Below the pieces are notes generated by a model, which had not been told where the DNA came from, did not search any database, and saw nothing but the letters and a program-made list of their open reading frames with translations. DNA of 41,337 nucleotides from Parcubacteria group bacterium SW_6_46_9. Its GTDB lineage: Bacteria; Patescibacteriota; Minisyncoccia; Phycocordibacterales; SW-6-46-9. This document shows, piece by piece, positions 32,932-40,174 of the stretch; within the stretch, counting starts at the first letter, position 1; each line of letters begins with the position of its first letter. The stretch lies in NCBI GenBank assembly GCA_003022255.1, contig PXPA01000011.1, positions 1 to 41,337 on the forward strand. The letters are read 5' to 3'. A program made the position numbers and the translations under genes.

Positions 32932-33080
32932 GATTGTTTTGTTTGCTTGACTTCTTGTAACTTTTCTAAGTAAGCTTTGGTATATTCAGCAACACCATTA
33001 AGATGCCGCATTAAGGCAAGCTCTTCTTCCTGTGTTGATTCGTCTTTATTTATTTTTGTTATAAGCTCATCAATGTCCAT
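32928..33080 (-). CDS. 50-aa hypothetical protein, translationally coupled to 32404-32931
   Basis: Own translation gives MDIDELITKINKDESTQEEELALMRHLNGVAEYTKAYLEKLQEVKQTKQS. The stop TGA overlaps the next ATG. It is below the ORF-track length cut-off. Confidence 0.4.
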   Translation of the reverse strand: MDIDELITKINKDESTQEEELALMRHLNGVAEYTKAYLEKLQEVKQTKQS

Positions 33081-33184
33081 ATATTGTTATTATACTCATT
33101 ACACAAAAATAAAGCAAAATAAAAATAACTGCGGATCTCGGTTTCTACCGAATACACTTTCCGGATAAAGACTCTCTGCAACCA

Positions 33185-33604
33185 ACTACCTAACGGGAAC
33201 TGCTTTCGAGTCGGGCCTCGATACCGTCGCCCTGTCCTTCTACAAGCTCATGACAGACTTGGATATACTGTGCTGTGAGTCAGATTACTAACGAGCAAAT
33301 ACTCTTGGGGTGCACCCTTCGATTCCTGACGAATATCGCAGTAAATACTAGCAGGAATCCCTTACGGTAAATCGGCTAACGCCGATTTCCTCCAGACCGA
33401 GCCTCGATATCCTCGCCTTGTGCTCACCAGGCTCGCACAAACCCGGATATATCTGTGCTGGGAGCGAAGTGACCGAATACTCGTGGGGTGCGGCTTTCGA
33501 TTCCTAACGAACATGCAAAACTGTACTAGTAGGAATCCTCTTCGATTCCTACACGAACGCACCAAACGGTGCGTTCTCGGAGTCACAACTCGCGTTGCTC
33601 GTTG
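33185..33604 (-). repeat. tRNA-Arg trailer (e-module) followed by two tandem copies of the repeat family
   Basis: The cores are 33270-33314 (gtgctgtgagtcagattactaacgagcaaatactcttggggtgca) and 33455-33493 (gtgctgggagcgaagtgaccgaatactcgtggggtgcgg). Two 9-bp hairpins are gaacgcacc/ggtgcgttc and gtaggaatc/gattcctac. The orientation is co-directional with tRNA-Arg. Confidence 0.65.
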
Positions 33605-33676
33605 TGCCTCCGGTAGGAATCGAACCCACATCTACGGGTTAGAAACCCGGTGCTCTATCCGTTGAGCTACGGAGGC
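33605..33676 (-). tRNA. tRNA-Arg (anticodon TCT)
   Basis: The reverse complement is gcctccgtagctcaacggatagagcaccgggtttctaacccgtagatgtgggttcgattcctaccggaggca. The anticodon loop is ttTCTaa. Confidence 0.9.
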
Positions 33677-33865
33677 AGTACTTCGCCCCTCACCCAGACT
33701 GTAATCTAACATACAAAATTTTGAATTCGTAACAAGACAACGATAACAATCTGGGTGAGGGGCTGCTTTCCTTCACCAAACCACGGAAAGCAAAACAATA
33801 GCGCACAACCTACTTGCCCTCCCGTAGCTTGAATAAAATGAAAGCGAAGGTGGGCTACGGAGGCA
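33677..33865 (-). repeat. tRNA-Arg leader: exact copy of tRNA-Arg nt 1-11 plus its 1-nt 5' flank (33854-33865), its complementary partner, and a 13-bp long-range hairpin
   Basis: gctacggaggca at 33854-33865 equals 33666-33677. The partner gccctcccgtagc lies at 33816-33828. The hairpin cccctcacccaga (33686-33698) pairs with tctgggtgagggg (33750-33762). Confidence 0.6.
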
Positions 33866-33915
33866 TAGATGCTCTGACAGTATAAATAATACTAAGTAAA
33901 GTAAGTTATGTAAAA

Positions 33916-34248
33916 CTATCTAGAGGGGTTCGGTATTTTCGGCTGACGATCACGCAGCAAATCAAAGGTGGCACGTCGTTTTTGTAAATCACTTACAGCC
34001 TCATTTAGCTCCTGACGGTCTAGGGTAACAGTCTCGTTTGTGTTATTAGCACTGCTTCTGGAGGCAAAGTTGCCTGCCTGAACTTGTGAAAATATAACAA
34101 TACAAAATACAGAGATAGTTACCAGCAAGACCAAGGCAGTAACAACAAGCAGCCCCCACGCCCGGCTACTAGCAGCCGGATCACCAAAATCAGTAACCCA
34201 AGAAAAAGTCTTCCGCATGTGCTTTGTATCAAAACCAAAAATTTCCAT
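33916..34248 (-). CDS. small single-TM protein, last gene of the pilMNO cluster
   Basis: 110 aa with one TM segment (LLVVTALVLLVTISVFCIVIF). It is separated by 2 nt from pilO. Confidence 0.5.
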   Translation of the reverse strand: MEIFGFDTKHMRKTFSWVTDFGDPAASSRAWGLLVVTALVLLVTISVFCIVIFSQVQAGNFASRSSANNTNETVTLDRQELNEAVSDLQKRRATFDLLRDRQPKIPNPSR

Positions 34249-34250
34249 AA

Positions 34251-34823
34251 CTACTGAGATGTAAGCTTTTGGGCTTCAATTGTTGCCGTGACCGACCACA
34301 AAGACTGACTGCTTTCTTGAGCCTGCCTACCGTTCTGACTGAAAGATACATTGCTGATACTCGTTTTTTGCGGTAGCAACTCAATCGCGCGCACAAAATG
34401 GACGACCCGATCCCAGCTTCCTGATGCCTGTACCTCCATAGTAAGCAACTCTATTGGATTTGTTTGGTCTTGGCTGTTATCTACCGTGTCGGCAGAATCA
34501 ATTGACACATTACCAATTTGCAGATCAACACGAGTATCATCAGCAATACTCTCTATAAGCGTTATAAACTCAGCAGACGCGTTGGCGCCGATAAAGTAAT
34601 CATTCAACTCAGAGCGGGTTTCGGCTGTCTGGTCGACAAGATTTTGTAAAGCTTTTTCGCGCTGTTTTTGGTTGCTGACCCGCTCCACTTTAGCAGACAG
34701 CCGGTTTGCTGCTTGTGCCCGGTTATCCAGAAAGTAATAGAGGCCAGCAAAGCCACCAACAAGTAATACATTAACAATGATTAAGCCGGCAAGTATTTGC
34801 TTTGTGCGAGTTAGCGGAAGCAT
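34251..34823 (-). CDS. pilO: type IV pilus assembly protein PilO-like
   Basis: It has an N-terminal TM segment followed by a coiled coil, and it sits after pilN with a 2-nt gap. Confidence 0.55.
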   Translation of the reverse strand: MLPLTRTKQILAGLIIVNVLLVGGFAGLYYFLDNRAQAANRLSAKVERVSNQKQREKALQNLVDQTAETRSELNDYFIGANASAEFITLIESIADDTRVDLQIGNVSIDSADTVDNSQDQTNPIELLTMEVQASGSWDRVVHFVRAIELLPQKTSISNVSFSQNGRQAQESSQSLWSVTATIEAQKLTSQ

Positions 34824-34825
34824 AA

Positions 34826-35386
34826 TTACAACGACTGCACTGTTACAGTCATATTAAAAGCCGTGTTTTCCTGGCTTGCTAATGCCCCAATCGGTAAATC
34901 AACCGCCAATACCTGCGCTCTATTTTCCAGACTGTCCTCAAAACCAAGCAAATTATCGCGAGTATCAGCAACCCCATCTATGGAAACACGAGACACTCCT
35001 TCATTTGTGCTTTCACCATCTTCGGCGTTAATACTAATATTGTTTATTGCAATACCATCAGACCGTGTCTCTGCTAAAAGTTTCAGAATCCGGGTTGGTT
35101 GCAGCTGATTTGTTTCGGTGGAGTTAACGATTTCAAGCCGTGTGTTGGTTTGTTTGATTATCTGTTTTGCCGCCTCTGTGCTTGTTGCCACGGCAGTTTC
35201 TTCAACTGAATTCAGCTGTGATTGGTGCTGGCTGTGGCGAGCCTCTGTAAGCACAAACGACGGAACCAGCAACGCAATACCGGCAATAAACACAACCGCA
35301 AGCAACCCGAGGCCACCAGACCCGAGGCGTAATCTATACTCGCTAAAAATGCCTTGTTTGTGCTTTTGGGGAAGCAGGTTGGCCAT
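34826..35386 (-). CDS. pilN: type IV pilus assembly protein PilN-like
   Basis: It has the N-terminal ANLLP motif followed by a TM segment, and it is immediately downstream of pilM. Confidence 0.65.
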   Translation of the reverse strand: MANLLPQKHKQGIFSEYRLRLGSGGLGLLAVVFIAGIALLVPSFVLTEARHSQHQSQLNSVEETAVATSTEAAKQIIKQTNTRLEIVNSTETNQLQPTRILKLLAETRSDGIAINNISINAEDGESTNEGVSRVSIDGVADTRDNLLGFEDSLENRAQVLAVDLPIGALASQENTAFNMTVTVQSL

Positions 35387-35387
35387 A

Positions 35388-36476
35388 TTAGAATTCGTTA
35401 CTTAATGCCAAACCAATAGCAGAAGTGTGGGTTAGCGAGTGACGAAAATCAATGTCGGGAATGTACTCGTTAATATCAAACGCCCGCTTCCAAACATCAC
35501 CAATCCGCACCGACACATCAAGCTGAGCAGATATATGATCAGCCAACCCGGGTACGCTGGCATTTCCTCCACAGAGCAAGACACGCGTGATATCGCGATT
35601 CTCCCGGACGGTCTCCGTCGGATCAGAGTACCAGTAGCGAAACCGCCGAACCGCCTCATCCACAAAATCTTCGGCTCCACGACTCAATGCCGCAAACTCC
35701 TGCTTGTTAGCGTTGTTTTTGATAAACCCCTGCTCTTGCTTGTACGTTTCCGCTTCAGCAACAGATCGGCCGGTTGCCTCAGCGACGGCTTCAGTGAGCT
35801 GGTCACCGCCGATCTGAATCGTTGATGTATACTCCACCGTACCGGCATTAACAATTGAAATCCCTGTTCGGCTTTTGCCGATGTCAATAACCATCACTGC
35901 CTCATCATGGTCCCTAGAGACGACCGCCCGTGCGATTGTTTGTGCTTCTATTTCAAATGATAATGGCGATAGGTTTGCCTCCCGGCATATCTGCATGTAC
36001 TCACCGACAATATCCGCCGGCAGTGCTGATACAGTTATATAGCGGGTGCCATCATCCGTGCGGTTGGTGACATCAAAATCAAACACCGCCTCTTCGGTTG
36101 TAATGGGTATTTTTTCATCAAGCCGTAGGGATACCGCCTCGCGCAATTTATTCTCTTTAACCGAGGGAACTTCCAAGTTAAAAATATAGCCGTTTTCTTC
36201 CGGTATCGAAAACCGCGCGAATGATAAGTTGTGCTTGCTTTGCAGTTGTGACAACACGTCACTTACCACTTCCCGATCCTTGATATCACCGGAAACAACC
36301 GCACCATCCGGGATATCAAGCGCATCAAAACGTGCGGGAACACGCTTATCACCTTCCGGCCGTAAATCCATCATCTTTACTGAGTGGTCGGAAATATTCA
36401 GCCCAACCGCCGGAAAGCGTAGAAAATTGGGAGTGCTTATCCACTGCGGTATGGAAATGTCGGAAGCTAATGCCAT
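35388..36476 (-). CDS. pilM: type IV pilus assembly ATPase-fold protein PilM
   Basis: Actin-like fold motifs are VGLNISDHSVKMMDL, VIDIGKSRTGISIV and LLCGGNASVPGLADHI. Confidence 0.8.
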   Translation of the reverse strand: MALASDISIPQWISTPNFLRFPAVGLNISDHSVKMMDLRPEGDKRVPARFDALDIPDGAVVSGDIKDREVVSDVLSQLQSKHNLSFARFSIPEENGYIFNLEVPSVKENKLREAVSLRLDEKIPITTEEAVFDFDVTNRTDDGTRYITVSALPADIVGEYMQICREANLSPLSFEIEAQTIARAVVSRDHDEAVMVIDIGKSRTGISIVNAGTVEYTSTIQIGGDQLTEAVAEATGRSVAEAETYKQEQGFIKNNANKQEFAALSRGAEDFVDEAVRRFRYWYSDPTETVRENRDITRVLLCGGNASVPGLADHISAQLDVSVRIGDVWKRAFDINEYIPDIDFRHSLTHTSAIGLALSNEF

Positions 36477-36739
36477 ATCTAATTATCAGTATAACGCATT
36501 ATTAGATAACGTATTATCAGATAGTATTAGCTGCTAAACTCATACTAGCCAAAATATGAAGAGTTGAGGGGGGTGAGGCCGAGATTGAGAAAGTCTCGCC
36601 ACAAGCGGGTTTTTTGCACCGAAACATCGCACGGGCTTAACTGTAAACCATCCCGGGCTAAAGCCTGGAGCTTTCAAATAGTCAAGATATAGCACCTTTC
36701 TTGCGAAATCAATCTATGTTACTGAGCGCCAGGCATGTC

Positions 36740-36900
36740 CGAAACGAACGAGCACCCCTTTTCTGAAGAGGCTCCGCAGCCGACAATGCATGGTCTACGA
36801 TTGTCGGTGAGGACTGAACCAAAATCGACGTGCTGTGAGCGAAGCGAGGGAATACTCTTAGGGGTGCTGGCGATTTTGGTGTACTCTTCAGAAAACGGGG
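36740..36900 (-). repeat. orphan copy of the repeat-family core, not next to a tRNA, enclosed by a 9-bp stem
   Basis: The core is 36830-36870 gtgctgtgagcgaagcgagggaatactcttaggggtgctgg. It is enclosed by ccaaaatcg (36819-36827) and cgattttgg (36871-36879). An outer pair is ctgaagag (36763-36770) with ctcttcag (36884-36891). Confidence 0.55.
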
Positions 36901-36912
36901 TGCGAGAGAGCG

Positions 36913-37236
36913 TTACGAAACAACTGTGCCGTCCGCAACCGATTGTCGTGGAGCAACCAGTACTGCACCGCTGTCTCCGCGAGCAGCCAGAATCATCCCC
37001 TGGCTTTCGTGGCCAAACATCTCTTTTGGCTTGAGGTTTGTAACCATAACCACCTGCTGGCCAACAAGATCATCCAGATAGTCAACATCATTTTTAATGC
37101 CGGCAACAACCTGACGGGTTTCGTCAGCAAGCGATACTTGCAAGAGGATTAATTTGTTAGCATCAGTTATATCCTCTACCTCTTTTATTGTACCTACCTT
37201 AAGGTCTAATTTTTGGAAGTCTTCAAAGGAAATCAT
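36913..37236 (-). CDS. tRNA-binding domain protein (Trbp111/CsaA-like, OB fold)
   Basis: Likely start is ATG at 37236 (MISFEDFQKLDLKVGTIKEVE...). LQVSLADETRQVVAGI...LVGQQVVMVTNLKPKEMFGHESQGMILAA is the classic EMAP/Trbp111 pattern. Confidence 0.8.
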   Translation of the reverse strand: MISFEDFQKLDLKVGTIKEVEDITDANKLILLQVSLADETRQVVAGIKNDVDYLDDLVGQQVVMVTNLKPKEMFGHESQGMILAARGDSGAVLVAPRQSVADGTVVS

Positions 37237-37248
37237 TGTTTTTGTTAA

Positions 37249-37986
37249 GGCTCTTGAGTAGAACAGCACTTCTAAGTGCTAACATATCCCTATATGGAGC
37301 CGAAAAACAAGTATGCATACCGTTCAAAGCTTTCCGAGTACCAAGTACGCCGAATTATGAAGCTCTTTGCGCTGGATCTGACCGCTACACAGATGGCAGA
37401 ACTAATGGATGTCGGCCGGAAGACGATAAACCGGTACCTTAAGGCAGTTCGGGGGCGGATGGCGCAAGCCTGCACGCAAGAAGCCAAGCTGGTTGGTGAC
37501 GTAGAGGTGGACGAAAGCTACTTTGGCCCAACCCGAGTCCGGGGCAAACGTGGACGCGGAGCAGCAGACAAAACACTCGTATTCGGCATGTTCAAACGTG
37601 ACGGGAATGTCTACACAGAGATCGTACCGGACGCTAAAAAACCGACGTTGCAAGGCGTAATTCGGGGTAACGTTGACCAAGACAGCGTAATTCACTCGGA
37701 TGGCTGGCGTGGCTATGACGGCCTAGCGGATGTTGGCTACGAAGAGCATGTTAGAATTACTCACAGTGAGGATAACTTCTCGGATGAAGACGGCACGCAC
37801 ATCAACGGTATTGAAGCCTTCTGGGGTACGGTAAAGACACGACTGACCGCTCGCCGTGGTATTCGTGATGAATACTTGCACCTGCACTTGAAAGAATGCG
37901 AGTTTCGATTCAACCACAGAGACGAAGATCTATACAAAACATTACTAGAATTAGTTCGAGAAAATCCGCTGTTCTACTCTTGAGCC
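37249..37986 (+). mobile_element. IS1595-family insertion sequence (738 bp) with 19-bp imperfect terminal inverted repeats and a 7-bp target-site duplication
   Basis: IRL at 37249-37267 is ggctcttgagtagaacagc. The reverse complement of IRR at 37968-37986 is ggctcaagagtagaacagc (17/19). The flanking direct repeat TTGTTAA lies at 37242-37248 and 37987-37993. Confidence 0.85.
37276..37983 (+). CDS. IS1595-family (ISXO2-like DDE) transposase
   Basis: 235-aa ORF with an N-terminal HTH (TATQMAELMDVGRKTINRYL). VEVDESYFG...RGRG...K..VFG...R.G.V...IV.D......L...I......VIHSDGWRGYDGL...GY.H..I.H is the ISXO2-like transposase pattern. Confidence 0.85.
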   Translation: MLTYPYMEPKNKYAYRSKLSEYQVRRIMKLFALDLTATQMAELMDVGRKTINRYLKAVRGRMAQACTQEAKLVGDVEVDESYFGPTRVRGKRGRGAADKTLVFGMFKRDGNVYTEIVPDAKKPTLQGVIRGNVDQDSVIHSDGWRGYDGLADVGYEEHVRITHSEDNFSDEDGTHINGIEAFWGTVKTRLTARRGIRDEYLHLHLKECEFRFNHRDEDLYKTLLELVRENPLFYS

Positions 37987-38013
37987 TTGTTAATTATGGA
38001 TAAAAACCAAACC

Positions 38014-39273
38014 TTAGTTATCTTCTGGTGGTTGCTTTGTCTCGTCATTCTCTTGTGAATTTTCCACGACCGAATCACCAAACTTACTTGTGTTCGCATG
38101 GTCTAACACCGGCGAATCAAACACATAAGAGAGCTCAGTTTTTTGTTGGTGCGTTTGTTTTGCTGAACGAATCAAGGTCCGCAACAACTGTGAGAAGGAA
38201 GTGCCACTTTCTTCCCATAAGTGTTTATACAAGGTTCCCGGCATGGTATTAATCTCGTTGGCATAAATCTGGCGGGTTTCCCGATCAAGCAGAAAATCAA
38301 CCCGAGCGATACCGGAAAGTTCGAAGTTGGTAAACACCTCAACAGCCGTCTGACGAACTGCTTTGCGTTCGCCTTTTTCAATGTCAGCAGGAATAATGAC
38401 TTGTTTATCCGCACCACCAATTTGGGCGCCGCCATCCGCAATGTATTTTTCATCGTAGGAAAAGAGGTCGCTCTCAAATCGAGACTCTTGTACTTTGCTT
38501 ACCTCTGGATTTTCGTTACCAGCTAACGCTACGGTTAGATCAGCAACATCATCAACTCCTTCTTCAACAACTACCTTGTCATCATAATTGAAAGCCTCCT
38601 CAATTGCTTCCGGTAAATTATCCTCGTCTTCAACCCGGCTGATACCAATTGAGGAGCCGGCTCGGGCTGGTTTTACAAACAAGGGGAAAGAAAAGTACTT
38701 AAGATCTTCCTGAATTTTTTCGGCAAACGTGTCCCACTCACTGCTTGTGAAGTAAATAAATTCAGTCGTGGGAATATCAAACTGCTGATACAAAAGCTTG
38801 GTGAGTGCCTTATCCATCGCCACCGTACTAGCCGCCTGCCCGCAACCGACAACAGGAATATCAGCAAGATCAAACAGTCCGTGTAACGCTCCGTCCTCAC
38901 CGTGCGGACCGTGGAAACAGGGAAAGGCAATATCAATATCAACAGTTGTGGTAGTCAACATTGTTTCCGCTTGGAAAGTCAGGCCAGAATCAAGCTCTTG
39001 GGTTAAAAGCTGATACTCCGAGAGTTGGGTAAGATTTTCTTGGCGGTTGTCACGAAAGTAGGGAACCGTTGCCAGCGTTTCACTTTCGGGATCGTCTGTG
39101 TCCGGCCCAAGATAAAACGAACCTTCCGAGCTAACATATACCGGCACAACCGAGAAATCCATCGCTCGTAGGGCCTGGATAACTTGCGTTGCTGTGATTA
39201 TGGAAACGTCATGCTCCGGGCTTTTGGAGCCAAAAAAGACACCGATTGTTGATTTGTCGTCGGTCATACACAA
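38014..39273 (-). CDS. ddl: D-alanine--D-alanine ligase with a short acidic C-terminal extension
   Basis: The motifs are IGVFFGSKSPEHDVSI, FPCFHGPHGEDGALHGLFDL, LFVKPARAGSSIGI and ARVDFLL...IYANEINTMPG. Confidence 0.9.
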   Translation of the reverse strand: MCMTDDKSTIGVFFGSKSPEHDVSIITATQVIQALRAMDFSVVPVYVSSEGSFYLGPDTDDPESETLATVPYFRDNRQENLTQLSEYQLLTQELDSGLTFQAETMLTTTTVDIDIAFPCFHGPHGEDGALHGLFDLADIPVVGCGQAASTVAMDKALTKLLYQQFDIPTTEFIYFTSSEWDTFAEKIQEDLKYFSFPLFVKPARAGSSIGISRVEDEDNLPEAIEEAFNYDDKVVVEEGVDDVADLTVALAGNENPEVSKVQESRFESDLFSYDEKYIADGGAQIGGADKQVIIPADIEKGERKAVRQTAVEVFTNFELSGIARVDFLLDRETRQIYANEINTMPGTLYKHLWEESGTSFSQLLRTLIRSAKQTHQQKTELSYVFDSPVLDHANTSKFGDSVVENSQENDETKQPPEDN

Positions 39274-39392
39274 CTTTTATTGTAACAGAATCAGGGTGAA
39301 TGTAAGAGGTAAGATTTAGGATTTATGATTCAGGAATAAAGGGGGCATGATTCAGGAGACGTGAGTCACGAGTGAAATATTTTTGAGTGAAT

Positions 39393-39425
39393 AAAAAAGA
39401 ACCAGGCGGTGGGCTTTCCGCCTGG
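39393..39425 (-). terminator. rho-independent terminator of the 39463-40038 gene
   Basis: On the minus strand ccaggcgg-aaagccca-ccgcctgg is followed by TTCTTTTTT. Confidence 0.75.
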
Positions 39426-39462
39426 CTTAAGGTGCTTAGTTGTTGCTTCGTTAAAAGAAGCA

Positions 39463-40038
39463 CTATGAAGTTTTGGGCTTTATTCTATAGGAATCAGTAC
39501 CACCAACAATCTCTCCTAGATTTCTAAATTCCTGGTTAAATTGCTCCATCCAATCCGCTTGATCATGATCGCCAATGATTTCCAATAAAATTCCATCATT
39601 AACATGATCAACGTGATGCAGAGGATGGGGTGATAGCTTTTTCTCATACCAGCGCACCAAGATTCTGGAAGGATGGTTATCCTGAAAACTCACCGTGAGG
39701 TAAAATTTATGGAATAGTTTTGAGGCATTCCGACCAGAAGGAGTGCGGGCTGAAAAATAGATACTGGGAATGCTAACAGGCCGGTACAGAAACACCCACA
39801 AAAGATCAGTCACTGTCTTTACTTTTTTTCTTAAAGACAGACTTCTCATGGCAGTGCTGACATTAACCTCATCAACTGAGCCTGCCTCTGAATCAATGTG
39901 TCTAGCTTTGACACTGCTCTCTTTCCAGTTTACCCGAAGTTGATTCTTGTTGTTTTCGTTTTCCCTTGAGAACTTGAACAATTTTTCTGCTAGCTCTGAC
40001 GGTTCCGGTCGTGCAGGTGAAGCTGTGGTTTCAGGCAT
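39463..40038 (-). CDS. hypothetical protein
   Basis: 191-aa ORF between murF and ddl on the same strand. I recognise no motif. Confidence 0.45.
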   Translation of the reverse strand: MPETTASPARPEPSELAEKLFKFSRENENNKNQLRVNWKESSVKARHIDSEAGSVDEVNVSTAMRSLSLRKKVKTVTDLLWVFLYRPVSIPSIYFSARTPSGRNASKLFHKFYLTVSFQDNHPSRILVRWYEKKLSPHPLHHVDHVNDGILLEIIGDHDQADWMEQFNQEFRNLGEIVGGTDSYRIKPKTS

Positions 40039-40174
40039 TTGCTTACGTATAGGCTATTCACATTGTGACGAACATTCATGCAAATATTACTCTACATATA
40101 AATTCGTGTCAACCCAGTTTCAATTCTTGATTCGTGAATCTTAAATCGTGATTCGCTACCAATAAACGTAACGT

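Noticed and set aside
33362-33665. Track ORFs 33362-33631 (-) and 33420-33665 (+)
   Set aside because: They overlap the tandem repeat copies and tRNA-Arg. The Arg- and Ser-rich translations are typical of non-coding GC-rich hairpins.
36735-37034. Track ORF 36735-37034 (+), 99 aa
   Set aside because: Its 3' part is antisense to the well-supported tRNA-binding-protein gene, and its 5' part covers the orphan repeat copy.
39325-39357. The direct repeat atgattcagga x2 (22-nt spacing) upstream of ddl, as a regulatory site
   Set aside because: It is a short, single occurrence with no palindromic character, which is insufficient evidence.
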